A DNA stretch of 64,000 bases from Clostridia bacterium. Lineage in GTDB: Bacteria; Bacillota; Clostridia; Christensenellales; CAG-138. The notes under the pieces were generated by a model, which was given only the letters and a program-made list of their open reading frames with translations, was not told the origin of the DNA and ran no database searches. The position numbers and the translations under genes were made by a program. This document shows, one piece after another, positions 46,788-56,594 of the stretch (position 1 is its first letter; each line of letters starts with the position of its first letter). The DNA is taken from NCBI GenBank assembly GCA_017545535.1, contig JAFWMS010000021.1:129399-193398 (forward strand), written 5' to 3'.

Positions 46788-48401
46788 ATGGACCGCATAC
46801 TCGATTATGTCCGCTGGTACGCTGACATCCCCTTTTCCGTCCGCCCCTTCGACGAGGTGGACAATCTGGTGCTCTGCGCCCTGTCCTATTGGAAATTCCC
46901 GCGACTGGATTGGCAAAACGAAATGTATTCCCTTCGGGAGTGCTACGAACGGCTCGATGGCGCTCCGGTGGAGCTGATGACCACCGATACGGACGAGACC
47001 ATGCCCGATTTCGTTCGCTATGCCGTCATGTCCAAGCGGTTCGGCGGTCTTATCGTCAGTGATTTTGAAGAAAGCTTCCTCCCCGAAGTGCCCACCCAAT
47101 TCTGTGCCATGACCTTCCATCTGGATAGAAAGACCCGGTACATCGCCTTCCGCGGTACGGATTGTTCCATTGCCGGTTGGAAAGAGGATTTCATGATCAG
47201 CTTCACGGAAACGGAGGCGCAGAAGATGAGCCTCCAATATCTGGAGAAAAACATCCGGCGGGGCTTGACCTACTATGTGGGCGGTCACAGCAAGGGCGCC
47301 AACGAAGTGCTGTACGCCGCAGCCCATCTCTCTGACAAAAAGAAGCGGCAGCTGGCGCATCTGTACATCAACGATGGTCCCGGCTTCTGTCAGGAGGTCC
47401 TTGACCCGAAGCTCATGGAATCCATCGAAAGCATCTCCACCACCATCCGTCCCGAATACTGTGTGATCGGCAAAATCTTTGAGCCAAATATCACGGATTG
47501 CCGCATTGTGAAAAGCAGTCAAAAGGGCGCTATGCAGCATTCCATCTTCTCCTGGGGCATCGATTGTGGGGCCCTGGCGCTGGCGGAGGAATATGATCCT
47601 CAAGCTTTGGCCATCCAAACGGTCATGAACCATTGGCTGGAAAACGTCTCCACCGAGGAGCGAAAGGTTTTCACCGACAGCATCTTTGACGCGCTGGCGA
47701 AGGATGGTTCCAAAAAACTGTTCGACGTGTTGGAAAAGTGGCCCACCTCCATGGAAAGCGTGCTCGTCTCCATGCTGGACGCCGATCCCGTGGCAAAGCA
47801 GACCCTGCTCAAGCTGCCGGAAGCAGCCATCCACGAGGAGAAAAAAGCTGCCGATCAGGTGACGGTCATTGTCAAGCGGGAGATCGCTCACCAGCCCCTT
47901 TTGGTGGATGGCGCCATTGCCTTGATCGGCGTGCTGCTGCTTTTGTTGCCCGCCCACTTTTTTAACTTCGTCCTTGCCGCTGTTTTATTCCTGGCGTTCA
48001 CGGCGGAAACCATCTATACCATTCGGCGGCTCAGACAAAACAGCTGGAATACCCGCGAGCAGCGAACGCGGATCCTGCTGTGCATCGTGCTGCTGGTCGT
48101 CTTTCTTCTGATCCTGATGAAGGATCAAGCCCTGTTCGTGCTCAGTTCCGCCCTCTTCGGCGGCATACTGTTGTACTACACGTATTACACCGCCTCCAAG
48201 CTGAAGGAAGACCCAAAAGGCGGCATATTCTACTGGCTTCATTTGGTGGAGGCGATCATCTTCGCCCTGCTGGGCCTGTTCATTCTCATCGCGCCGCAAC
48301 GGACCATCCGCTGGTATGGTCTGAGCGTAGGCATCATCCTGATCCTGGACGCCGCGGTGCACGCCCTGTTCCGGTTGCTCAACATAAAGAACATGAAATA
48401 G
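46788..48401 (+). CDS. Mbeg1-like (DUF2974) alpha/beta hydrolase fused to a C-terminal multi-TM domain
   Basis: 537 aa. FRGTDCSIAGWKEDF and the GGHSKGAN nucleophile elbow. The last 160 aa or so form 4-5 TM helices. Confidence 0.7.
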   Translation: MDRILDYVRWYADIPFSVRPFDEVDNLVLCALSYWKFPRLDWQNEMYSLRECYERLDGAPVELMTTDTDETMPDFVRYAVMSKRFGGLIVSDFEESFLPEVPTQFCAMTFHLDRKTRYIAFRGTDCSIAGWKEDFMISFTETEAQKMSLQYLEKNIRRGLTYYVGGHSKGANEVLYAAAHLSDKKKRQLAHLYINDGPGFCQEVLDPKLMESIESISTTIRPEYCVIGKIFEPNITDCRIVKSSQKGAMQHSIFSWGIDCGALALAEEYDPQALAIQTVMNHWLENVSTEERKVFTDSIFDALAKDGSKKLFDVLEKWPTSMESVLVSMLDADPVAKQTLLKLPEAAIHEEKKAADQVTVIVKREIAHQPLLVDGAIALIGVLLLLLPAHFFNFVLAAVLFLAFTAETIYTIRRLRQNSWNTREQRTRILLCIVLLVVFLLILMKDQALFVLSSALFGGILLYYTYYTASKLKEDPKGGIFYWLHLVEAIIFALLGLFILIAPQRTIRWYGLSVGIILILDAAVHALFRLLNIKNMK

Positions 48402-48426
48402 CGTCTTATCAGAGGAGGATCGTCGT

Positions 48427-50031
48427 ATGAAAGTCACGTTCATCGGTGCGACACACGAGGTGACCGGCAGCTGCACCCTGTTGGAAAACGGCGGAAAGTA
48501 TTATCTCGTCGACTGTGGCATGGAGCAGGGCGTCGATGTCTTCGAAAACATCCCCATCCCCGTCCCTCCGGCGTCCATTGCGGCCGTGTTCGTGACCCAC
48601 GCCCATATCGATCACACCGGCATGCTGCCAAAACTCTTTAGGGACGGCTTCCAAGGCCGGATCTACGCCACCTCGGCCACCTGCCATCTGTGCAACATCA
48701 TGCTGATGGATTCGGCCCATATCCAGGAATCGGAGGCCGAATGGAAGAATCGAAAGGCCATCCGGTCCGGAGAAACGACGGTGGAACCCCTTTATACCAC
48801 GGCGGACGTTCAGGGATTGATGCCTCTGTTCGTTCCCTGTGAATACAGCGAAACTATCTCCGTCGATGAGGGGATCCGCATCCGCTTCACCGATATCGGT
48901 CATCTGCTGGGTTCCTCCTGCATCGAGATCTGGATGCAGGAAAGCGAGGTATCCAAGAAGATCGTTTTCAGCGGTGACGTGGGCAATGTGGACCAGCCCA
49001 TCATCCGCGACCCGCAAACGGTGGACAGCGCCGATTATCTCGTCATCGAATCCACTTACGGCGACCGCCTCCACGAACAGACGGAGGGGATCGACGTCAT
49101 CGCCGATTTTGCCGCGTGCATGCAGCGAGTGCTGGATCGGGGCGGAAATCTGGTCATCCCCGCCTTCGCCGTTGGCCGGACCCAGGAGCTTTTATACGGC
49201 ATCCGGGAGATCAAGGCCCGGGGCCTGGTGCACGGACACGACGATGCCCCCATCATTCTGGATAGTCCTCTGGCCCAGGAAGCCACCGCCATCTTCCGGG
49301 ACTGCGACCCCTCCTATCTGGACGAGGAGGCACTCGCCATCCTCAGCCGGGGCGAGAACCCCGTATGGTTCGAGGGCTTAGAGCTGTCCGTCACCACACA
49401 GGACTCTGTGGCCATCAACAACGATCCTCGGCCCAAGGTCATCATCTCTGCCAGCGGCATGTGCGACGCCGGCCGCATCCGTCACCATCTGAAGCATAAC
49501 CTGTGGAACGAAAAAAACATGATCCTGTTCGTGGGATATCAGGCCGCCGGCACTCTGGGCAGCGCGCTGATCAACGGGGCCAAGGAGGTCAAGCTCTTCG
49601 GTGAAACCATCGCCGTACATGCAGAGATAGGGTCTCTCCATGGCACCAGCGGCCACGCGGACCAGAAGGGGCTAATAAACTGGGTGAAGGGATTCTCAGC
49701 CTGCCCCAGGACCATCTTTGTGAACCATGGGGATGCGGACGCCTGTGAAACCTTTGCTCAGCTGTTGCGAGATACCTTCTCTCCCAAGGAGGTGATCGCG
49801 CCCTATTCGGGCACGGAATACGATCTGTCCGCCGAACAGCTCGTCTATGCTCCGGAAGGCAAGCGCATCGTCAAGCCGGCCCATGTGAAGCTGAACCCGG
49901 TGTTCGAATCCCTGAAAGCGGTGGCGCAGCGACTGCTGGATCTCATCAACCGCATGGAGGGCCGAAGCAATCACGAGCTGAAGGAGACCGCCCGGGAGAT
50001 CGTCGCCATTATCGAAAAACACGAACAATAA
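48427..50031 (+). CDS. MBL-fold / beta-CASP RNA-metabolising hydrolase
   Basis: 534 aa. THAHIDHTG, ESTYGDR, GHADQKGL (beta-CASP motif C region). Confidence 0.85.
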   Translation: MKVTFIGATHEVTGSCTLLENGGKYYLVDCGMEQGVDVFENIPIPVPPASIAAVFVTHAHIDHTGMLPKLFRDGFQGRIYATSATCHLCNIMLMDSAHIQESEAEWKNRKAIRSGETTVEPLYTTADVQGLMPLFVPCEYSETISVDEGIRIRFTDIGHLLGSSCIEIWMQESEVSKKIVFSGDVGNVDQPIIRDPQTVDSADYLVIESTYGDRLHEQTEGIDVIADFAACMQRVLDRGGNLVIPAFAVGRTQELLYGIREIKARGLVHGHDDAPIILDSPLAQEATAIFRDCDPSYLDEEALAILSRGENPVWFEGLELSVTTQDSVAINNDPRPKVIISASGMCDAGRIRHHLKHNLWNEKNMILFVGYQAAGTLGSALINGAKEVKLFGETIAVHAEIGSLHGTSGHADQKGLINWVKGFSACPRTIFVNHGDADACETFAQLLRDTFSPKEVIAPYSGTEYDLSAEQLVYAPEGKRIVKPAHVKLNPVFESLKAVAQRLLDLINRMEGRSNHELKETAREIVAIIEKHEQ

Positions 50032-50046
50032 CTAAGCCAAAACATA

Positions 50047-50077
50047 AACGACGGAGCGCAATAGGCTCCGCCGTTTT
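50047..50077. terminator. bidirectional terminator
   Basis: AACGACGGAGC / GCTCCGCCGTT followed by TT. Confidence 0.7.
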
Positions 50078-50090
50078 CATTTATCAACCT

Positions 50091-50333
50091 CTATTCGTTT
50101 TTATACAGGAGCCGATACTGCTCCTCCCCTACGATCTCGTACACCCCCTCCACGTCCTCGTCCATCCGCTCGAGGCAGGGGCTCTCCCCTTCGTACACCA
50201 CGCAGGTGCCGCAGGAGGAGCTGAGCTTCCGAAACACGGGCATCATGCGGGAGGATACCCCCGCTGCCTTCAGGTTCCTGTCCGTCATCAACGCGGAGAG
50301 ATGGGTATGGAAGGTGGCAACGTATCGGTTCAT
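50091..50333 (-). CDS. DUF3343-type small protein (putative Se/S carrier partner of YedF)
   Basis: ORF 50091..50426, trimmed to the ATG at 50333 (MNRYVATFHTHLSALMTDRNLKAAGV...). ATGA overlap with yedF. Confidence 0.7.
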   Translation of the reverse strand: MNRYVATFHTHLSALMTDRNLKAAGVSSRMMPVFRKLSSSCGTCVVYEGESPCLERMDEDVEGVYEIVGEEQYRLLYKNE

Positions 50334-50533
50334 TTCGTTAGTTCCAGTTTGAAGTCGTCCCCGTCCCTGGTCACGGTGACCGAGTAGCCGGAGGCCTTCG
50401 CAAAGCGGGTCACGTTCTCCACGCACACCTGCTCATCCACCAACACCGTCAAATTCTGGGGGTCCTCCGCTTTCACGGCCCGCTGCACCATGACCACCGG
50501 GATGGGGCAGGAATATCCACGCGCGTCTACCAT
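50330..50533 (-). CDS. yedF: TusA/SirA-family sulfur/selenium carrier protein
   Basis: 67 aa with the CPIP motif (ARGYSCPIPVV). AAGGAGG RBS. Confidence 0.85.
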   Translation of the reverse strand: MVDARGYSCPIPVVMVQRAVKAEDPQNLTVLVDEQVCVENVTRFAKASGYSVTVTRDGDDFKLELTK

Positions 50534-50558
50534 AGCTTATATCCTCCTTCTACGCCCT

Positions 50559-51665
50559 TCAGGCTTCCTTTTTTGCCCCTTTGGGCAGGTTCACCATAGA
50601 GATGACCAGCAACACCACAAAGGCACACAGAACGAACACCTTGCCCGTCAGGGAGATGCCGCCCACCACGCCGTTGGCGTCCGGGTTGCCGGCCATACCG
50701 AAGTTGTGGGAGATAGCGGCCCCGACGATCATGCCGAACACGGTCACGGCGGAGTCGCCGTTGCCTTCACCGGCCAGGATCAACTGCCGCAGGGGACAGC
50801 CGCCCAGGAGCACGGAGCCCCATCCAGCCAGGACCATGCCTAAGAAATTCCACAGATGGCTGCTGTGAGCCACGGGCTGTCCAGCAAAGCCCAGCTTGAA
50901 GGGGGTCAGTTTGCCCCAGCCAAGGCCGCCCAAAGCAAGCTTCCCGATGATGGTGACGATCAGGATGGCCAGGAAGCCGTAGAGCAGCTTGAAATCTTTG
51001 AACAGCATGGCGTCACGGATGCCCCCCACCATGCACAGCCGGGACCGCTGGGCCAATGCGCCCACCACGATGGCGATGACGAGGGCGATGAAGAAGGGAG
51101 CCCGCATGGAGCCGGGGCCCTCCGTGCTGGTCTTAAAGAGCGCCGGGAAGATCACAAAGGCGAGCCCGACGACGATCAAAAACGCCGGCAAAGCGATGCC
51201 CTCGGAGGCGCCCATGGTGTAGGTCCGCTTCAGGGAGAAGCCCCGCTTTACGAACTGGGCGCCGATGAAGATGCCCAGCGTAAAGCCGATCAGGGCGACC
51301 AGGGCGTTTAGATCGCCGCCGCCCAGGCGCAGGACCATCCGCAGGGGACAGCCCAGGAACACCAGCGCGCCGATCATCACCAGTGCACCCAGCAGGAAGC
51401 GGGTCGCCGGCGAGGAACCGCCCTTCGCCCTAAATTCCCCCTTCACCAGGGCCATGACCATGGCGCCCAGCACCAGGCCGATGATCTCGGGGCGAATGTA
51501 CTGGACCTTCGCCGCAGCATGCAGGCCCAGGCCCCCGGCGATGTCCCGTTCGAAGCAAGCGATGCAAAAGCCCATGTTCGCCGGATTGCCTAAAGCGCTC
51601 AGCGCCAAAGCAGCGATGCCCACCGCCACGCCGGCCAGCACGACCAACCAATTCACTTTTTTCAT
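50559..51665 (-). CDS. yedE: YedE-family putative selenium transport/metabolism membrane protein
   Basis: ORF 50559..51677, trimmed to the ATG at 51665 (GGAGG 5 nt upstream). NMGFCIACFERD and GGCPLRQ motifs. Polytopic. Confidence 0.85.
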   Translation of the reverse strand: MKKVNWLVVLAGVAVGIAALALSALGNPANMGFCIACFERDIAGGLGLHAAAKVQYIRPEIIGLVLGAMVMALVKGEFRAKGGSSPATRFLLGALVMIGALVFLGCPLRMVLRLGGGDLNALVALIGFTLGIFIGAQFVKRGFSLKRTYTMGASEGIALPAFLIVVGLAFVIFPALFKTSTEGPGSMRAPFFIALVIAIVVGALAQRSRLCMVGGIRDAMLFKDFKLLYGFLAILIVTIIGKLALGGLGWGKLTPFKLGFAGQPVAHSSHLWNFLGMVLAGWGSVLLGGCPLRQLILAGEGNGDSAVTVFGMIVGAAISHNFGMAGNPDANGVVGGISLTGKVFVLCAFVVLLVISMVNLPKGAKKEA

Positions 51666-51770
51666 AGTTTCCTCCAATAACCGATCTATGCGGTTTTCTA
51701 TCCCTTATTATAAAAGCCGATCCGACAAAAATCGAATGGAAAAAAGAAATGATACCGTTTCTCGAATTGG

Positions 51771-52685
51771 TTATTCCGATAAAAGAATATCGCTCGTGTG
51801 TTCTTTCACAAACTGAATGAACTTTACCTCCAGGGAGGTAAGCACCGCGTCCCGGCGCCAGACGATATATAGCTTCCGCTCGTTCATCTCCTTGGGGAGA
51901 GGAAAAGACAGGAGTTTTCCGGTTTTTACGTCCGTGGAGACGGCAAGGTCCGACATGACGGAAACGCCCAAACCTTCCGATACGCTCATCTTGACGGTCT
52001 CCGGATCATCGATACGAGCGATGATATGAGGTGTGTCAATGCCGTTTCGCTTTAAAAAAGCCTCAACGGCATGCTGTGTACCGGAGCTCTCCTCCCGGGC
52101 GATCAAGGGAAAATGCAGCAGGTCCTTCCCACTTTTTCCCTCCGCCTGGAGCTTTCGATAGGCTTCGCTGTTCTCCGTGATCAAAACCAGATGGTCTCGG
52201 GCGATCTCCTGGAAGACCAGGGATCTGTCCCCATTCTTATACCCCGTCAATCCGATCCTGACCTCTCCCTGCTTCAGGTACTGTAAGACGTGTTCGCTGT
52301 CCCCTCGCCGCAGAAGGAATCGCGCCTGAGCGCTTTTCTTCATAAAGCCGGACATGAGCTTGGGCGCCAGATACTGGGCGGGCACCGTAGAGGTGCCGAT
52401 GCGCAGAGGCTCCTGATCGCCCTCCGTTCGATGCTCCTGGAGGGCCTCCGCGCGTCCCAGAATATCCCGTGCGGCATAGTAGACCTGCTTCCCCTCCTCC
52501 GTCAGCAGTACCTTGCGGCGAGCGCCTCGCTCGATCAAACGGGCGTCCAATATTTCCTCCAGAGTGCGGATATGCATGCTGACGGTAGATTGGGTCAAAT
52601 GCAATGCCTCCGCCGCCTTGGTAAAGCTGCAGTATTCCGCTGTAGCCACAAAGGCCTCCAGCTGTCGGATGCTGATATCGAGCAT
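51771..52685 (-). CDS. LysR-family transcriptional regulator (selenium-locus associated)
   Basis: 304 aa. N-terminal HTH QLEAFVATAEYCSFTKAAEALHLTQSTVSMHI. Confidence 0.85.
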   Translation of the reverse strand: MLDISIRQLEAFVATAEYCSFTKAAEALHLTQSTVSMHIRTLEEILDARLIERGARRKVLLTEEGKQVYYAARDILGRAEALQEHRTEGDQEPLRIGTSTVPAQYLAPKLMSGFMKKSAQARFLLRRGDSEHVLQYLKQGEVRIGLTGYKNGDRSLVFQEIARDHLVLITENSEAYRKLQAEGKSGKDLLHFPLIAREESSGTQHAVEAFLKRNGIDTPHIIARIDDPETVKMSVSEGLGVSVMSDLAVSTDVKTGKLLSFPLPKEMNERKLYIVWRRDAVLTSLEVKFIQFVKEHTSDILLSE

Positions 52686-52720
52686 ATGCTCCTCCTCTCC
52701 CCTGCCCAGGAAAAAACCAT

Positions 52721-52749
52721 GTGACTTTTTCCCTCGGCTGTGATATGCT
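52721..52749 (+). promoter_or_regulatory. candidate promoter that would give a leaderless csd-like mRNA
   Basis: GTGACT (52721-52726)-17 nt-TATGCT (52744-52749) with a TGa extension. The ATG at 52756 lies 7 nt after the -10 box and has no SD sequence. Confidence 0.4.
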
Positions 52750-52755
52750 TCCTGT

Positions 52756-53898
52756 ATGAAGACGATCTATTTGGACAATGCCGCCACATCCTTCCCCAAG
52801 CCGGACACGGTGTCAAAGGCCATGGTCCGCTATGTTCAGGAAGTTGGCGCGCCCCTGAATCGCTCCGTCTACGGCAGCGCTCAGGAGGCGGAGCTGGTCA
52901 CCCTTTCCCTGCGGGAGCAGCTCAAACGGTTCTTCCATTTTCCGGAGCGGGCCACCCACGTGATCCTCACGCCGGGGAACACCTATGGACTGAACTTCGT
53001 GTTGAAGGGATATCTCCGTCCCGGCGACCATGTGATCGTCAGCAGCATGGAACACAACGCCGTCATGCGGCCCCTGCTGCAGCTTCCCGAAGTCACCTTC
53101 GACCGGGTCCCGGCTGATCGTGACGGCTTTATCGACCCTGCCGCTATCCCTGCCCTCATTCGCTCCAACACGAAGCTGATCGTCATGGCCCACGGCTCCA
53201 ACGTGTCCGGCGCCGTGCAGGATGCGGAGGCCATCGGAGCCATCGCTGCCCGGCGCGGCATCCCCTTCATTTTGGACGGGGCCCAGACCGCAGGACACTT
53301 CCCCCTGGATTTTCAGCGGTTCCAGTTGAGCGCCCTCAGCGTCCCCGGTCACAAGGGGCTTTTGGGGCCCTCCGGCATCGGTGCTCTGCTTTTGACGGAC
53401 AAGTTTGCCAAAGCACTCTCCCCCCTAATCGCCGGAGGCACGGGCAGCGCCTCTGACAGCGAGTATCTGCCCGACGCCCTGCCGGACCGCTTTGAATCCG
53501 GCACCATGAACCTGCCCGGCATCTATGGTTGGGAAGCTGCCATGACCTTCCTTTCCGATCAGGGCATCGACAAGCTGCGAGCCCATGAGCTGGCCTTGAC
53601 GAAGCGATTTTTGAACGGTATCCGGAATATCCCCCATCTGCGCCTGTGCGGCCCGGACCATACGGATAACCGGGTGGGCGTTATCTCCCTGGACTTCCTG
53701 AACCGGGACAACGCCGCCGTTTCCTTTGAGCTGGAACAGCGGTTCGGCATCCTGGTGCGCTGCGGGCTCCATTGCGCTCCCTCCGCCCACCGGAGTCTGG
53801 GCACTTTCCCCAAGGGCACTGTCCGCTTCTCCCTGGGCTACGTCAACACCGCGGCGGACGTGGATGCGGCCGTGGCCGCCATCCGTTCCCTCGTGTAG
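52756..53898 (+). CDS. class V aminotransferase-fold cysteine desulfurase / selenocysteine lyase family protein
   Basis: 380 aa. IYLDNAATSFPKP and SVPGHKGLLGPSG (PLP Lys). Confidence 0.85.
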   Translation: MKTIYLDNAATSFPKPDTVSKAMVRYVQEVGAPLNRSVYGSAQEAELVTLSLREQLKRFFHFPERATHVILTPGNTYGLNFVLKGYLRPGDHVIVSSMEHNAVMRPLLQLPEVTFDRVPADRDGFIDPAAIPALIRSNTKLIVMAHGSNVSGAVQDAEAIGAIAARRGIPFILDGAQTAGHFPLDFQRFQLSALSVPGHKGLLGPSGIGALLLTDKFAKALSPLIAGGTGSASDSEYLPDALPDRFESGTMNLPGIYGWEAAMTFLSDQGIDKLRAHELALTKRFLNGIRNIPHLRLCGPDHTDNRVGVISLDFLNRDNAAVSFELEQRFGILVRCGLHCAPSAHRSLGTFPKGTVRFSLGYVNTAADVDAAVAAIRSLV

Positions 53899-53899
53899 T

Positions 53900-54940
53900 T
53901 CAGTGCAAAAAGATGCGCTTTCCGCCCTCATAGGCCTGTACCGTTCCGATGCGCTGAGCGCTGGGGACGGTTTTTTGTAACTCCGCAAACATCTCGTCTG
54001 CATCCTCCGGGCTGCAGGCGATCAGAAGCCCCCCGGAGGTTTGGGGGTCAAAGAGCATATCCTGTACGCAAAGTTCGATCCCGTCCAGCTCCACCGCCTT
54101 CTCCGCAAAGGTTCGGTTTCGATACGCGCCGGCCGGAATGAGCCCATACTTGGCCAGTTCCTTGGCCTCCGAGATCAAATCCAGCGCAGACGTGTCGATG
54201 ACGGCCTGGGTGTCGCTCCCCTCCATCATTTCAAAAGCGTGACCCATGAGACCGAAGCCCGTCACGTCCGTGCAGGCATGGACGTCGTACTTGACCATCA
54301 CGTCCCGGGCGGCCCGGTTCAGGGTGGTCATCAGCTCATACATATGCTTCTGCTCCTGTTCGCTGACCATGTCCACCTTGGCCGCCGTGCTCAAAATGCC
54401 GATGCCCAGGGGCTTCGTCAAAAACAACACGTCCCCGGGCTTAGCCCCGGAATTTGTCAATACCCGATCCGGATGAACAAAGCCCGTGACGGCAAGGCCA
54501 TATTTAGGCTCGTCGTCGTGAATGCTGTGGCCGCCGGTGATGAGGGCGCCCGCTTCATACACCTTGTCATATCCACCGCGCAGTATTTCATGGACGGCCT
54601 CCATGGGCATCTTCTCCGGCACAGCCATGATGTTCAAACAAAGCTTCGGCTCACCTCCCATGGCATACACGTCGGAAAGGGCGTTGGTGGCGGCGATCTG
54701 CCCAAAGAGATAGGGATCGTCCGCAATGGGCGGAAAGAAATCTACCGTTTGGGCCAGCGCCAGATCATCGGAAATACGGTATACGGAAGCGTCGTCGCTG
54801 CGGTCGAAGCCCACCAAAAGGTTGGGATCGGAATGGACCTTGATGTCCTTGAGCAGCTGGGCAAGGACCCCCGCCCCTACCTTGGCGCCGCATCCGGCGC
54901 ACTTGCTCAGTTTGGTCAGCTTTACGGTCTCTTTTTCCAC
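53900..54940 (-). CDS. selD: selenide, water dikinase
   Basis: 346 aa. GTG start with an AAGGAGG RBS. N-terminal LSKCAGCGAKVG (Cys, not Sec, at the active-site position). Confidence 0.92.
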   Translation of the reverse strand: MEKETVKLTKLSKCAGCGAKVGAGVLAQLLKDIKVHSDPNLLVGFDRSDDASVYRISDDLALAQTVDFFPPIADDPYLFGQIAATNALSDVYAMGGEPKLCLNIMAVPEKMPMEAVHEILRGGYDKVYEAGALITGGHSIHDDEPKYGLAVTGFVHPDRVLTNSGAKPGDVLFLTKPLGIGILSTAAKVDMVSEQEQKHMYELMTTLNRAARDVMVKYDVHACTDVTGFGLMGHAFEMMEGSDTQAVIDTSALDLISEAKELAKYGLIPAGAYRNRTFAEKAVELDGIELCVQDMLFDPQTSGGLLIACSPEDADEMFAELQKTVPSAQRIGTVQAYEGGKRIFLH

Positions 54941-55172
54941 CTGCTTCCCTCCTTTTATCGTTTCTCTCGATAGTTTACCACGCGTAAATCGAATTGTAAA
55001 CCGCTGATAAGTCTTCTATTTTACCTTCCTTTCGATCACGATATTCGAATAGCAAAACAGCGCATAAAGGGTTCCAAAGAATTCTTCATGTCACATTTCC
55101 TTCACGATTCTTTTAGGTTAACTTAAACTTCGCCCGGTATAGTCAGTCCATCAACAAAAGGAGACGACCTCC

Positions 55173-55922
55173 ATGGAAACCATCTATACCTTCGCTCGTG
55201 TGGAGCGCAAATACTTCATCGACGAGCTCGCAAAAAAGCGGCTGCTCCAGCGTACACGCGGCATGCTGATCCCCGATGCATACGGTAAAAGCACCGTCTG
55301 CAGCCTGTATCTGGACACGCCCGACCACCTGATCATCCGCAATTCTCTGGATGCACGGTCGTACAAGGAGAAGCTGCGGCTCCGCAGCTATGGCACACCC
55401 AGGGCGGACACACCCGTGTTTCTGGAACTAAAGAAAAAAGTTCAGGGCGTTGTGTACAAGCGCCGTGTCAGCCTACCCCTCCGGGAGGCGGAAGCCTATC
55501 TGGATCGAAAGCGGCCTCCCTTGACTGGGCAGATATGGCGGGAGATCGACTATGCCATGCAGTTTTATTTCTGGCCCGGCCCGGCCATGGTCATCGCCTG
55601 CGAGCGGGAAGCCTATACCTGGGCCGAAGATCCCACCTTCCGCGTCACCTTCGACGATAGCATCCGGGCACGATCCAATGCCCTTTGCTTGGAGGCAGGC
55701 TCCTCAGGAGAAATGCTGCTGCCGCAAGGCTTATCGTTGATGGAGCTGAAGAGCTCCGGCGCCATGCCCGTTGCCTTTGCAAAGATCATAAACGAGCTTG
55801 GTCTTTTGCCCACCTCTTTCTCGAAATACGGAACGGGGTATATAAACGCCCTGACCGCAAAAACTACCGTAAAAGAACCTGTTTTGTTGAAAGGAGCGAT
55901 GAAACATGTCAGCAATCTTTGA
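55173..55922 (+). CDS. VTC-domain (triphosphate tunnel, polyphosphate polymerase-like) protein
   Basis: 249 aa. FARVERKYFI start of the tunnel fold, and LRLRSY...FLELKKK. AAAGGAG RBS. Confidence 0.75.
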   Translation: METIYTFARVERKYFIDELAKKRLLQRTRGMLIPDAYGKSTVCSLYLDTPDHLIIRNSLDARSYKEKLRLRSYGTPRADTPVFLELKKKVQGVVYKRRVSLPLREAEAYLDRKRPPLTGQIWREIDYAMQFYFWPGPAMVIACEREAYTWAEDPTFRVTFDDSIRARSNALCLEAGSSGEMLLPQGLSLMELKSSGAMPVAFAKIINELGLLPTSFSKYGTGYINALTAKTTVKEPVLLKGAMKHVSNL

Positions 55923-56574
55923 TTCCATCCTGTCCGGAGGTTTTTCCGTGGGCATGTATATAGCGTGCCTCGCCGCTGCAGGGTTATGCGGGCTTATAGC
56001 TTCTCTTATCATAGGGAAGCTGGGCGACGCCAGCAGGGGATTTCGCATCTCCCTGGTGGTCTTGCCCATGGTGGTCTGCACGGTCATCCTCATGGTAAAC
56101 GGCAGCGTTGGGACGGGTATCGCGGTAGCCGGCGCCTTTTCGCTGGTCCGGTTCCGGTCCGTTGCCGGAAAAGCGCGAGACATCTCTGCCATATTCCTGG
56201 TCATGACGGCGGGGCTTGCCTGCGCCGCAGGATATGTACTTATCGCCCTTCTGTTCACGATCCTGGTCTCTCTTGTGATGCTGCTGCTCTTCCACCTGCC
56301 CATGGGCGAGCAAAGGGGGCATGAGCTCCATATCACGGTGCCGGAGACCCTGCATTTTTCCAATGCCTTCGACGATCTGTTCGCAAAGTATACCGTCCGG
56401 CACAAGCTCGTCAAAACCCGTACCTCCAACATGGGGAGTCTTTACAAGCTCTCCTACGACGTGGAGCTTAGGGATCCCAGCGACGCACAATCCTTTATCG
56501 ACGAGCTGCGATGCCGAAACGGGAATCTGGAGATATTGATCTGCGAAAAAACGGAAGAGGCGGACACGCTGTGA
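55906..56574 (+). CDS. DUF4956-type membrane protein
   Basis: 222 aa. GAFSLVRFRSVAGKARDISAIFLVMTAGLACAAGY. Overlaps the VTC gene by 17 nt. Confidence 0.7.
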   Translation: MSAIFDSILSGGFSVGMYIACLAAAGLCGLIASLIIGKLGDASRGFRISLVVLPMVVCTVILMVNGSVGTGIAVAGAFSLVRFRSVAGKARDISAIFLVMTAGLACAAGYVLIALLFTILVSLVMLLLFHLPMGEQRGHELHITVPETLHFSNAFDDLFAKYTVRHKLVKTRTSNMGSLYKLSYDVELRDPSDAQSFIDELRCRNGNLEILICEKTEEADTL

Positions 56575-56594
56575 CCCGTAGGAAGGAAAGCACC

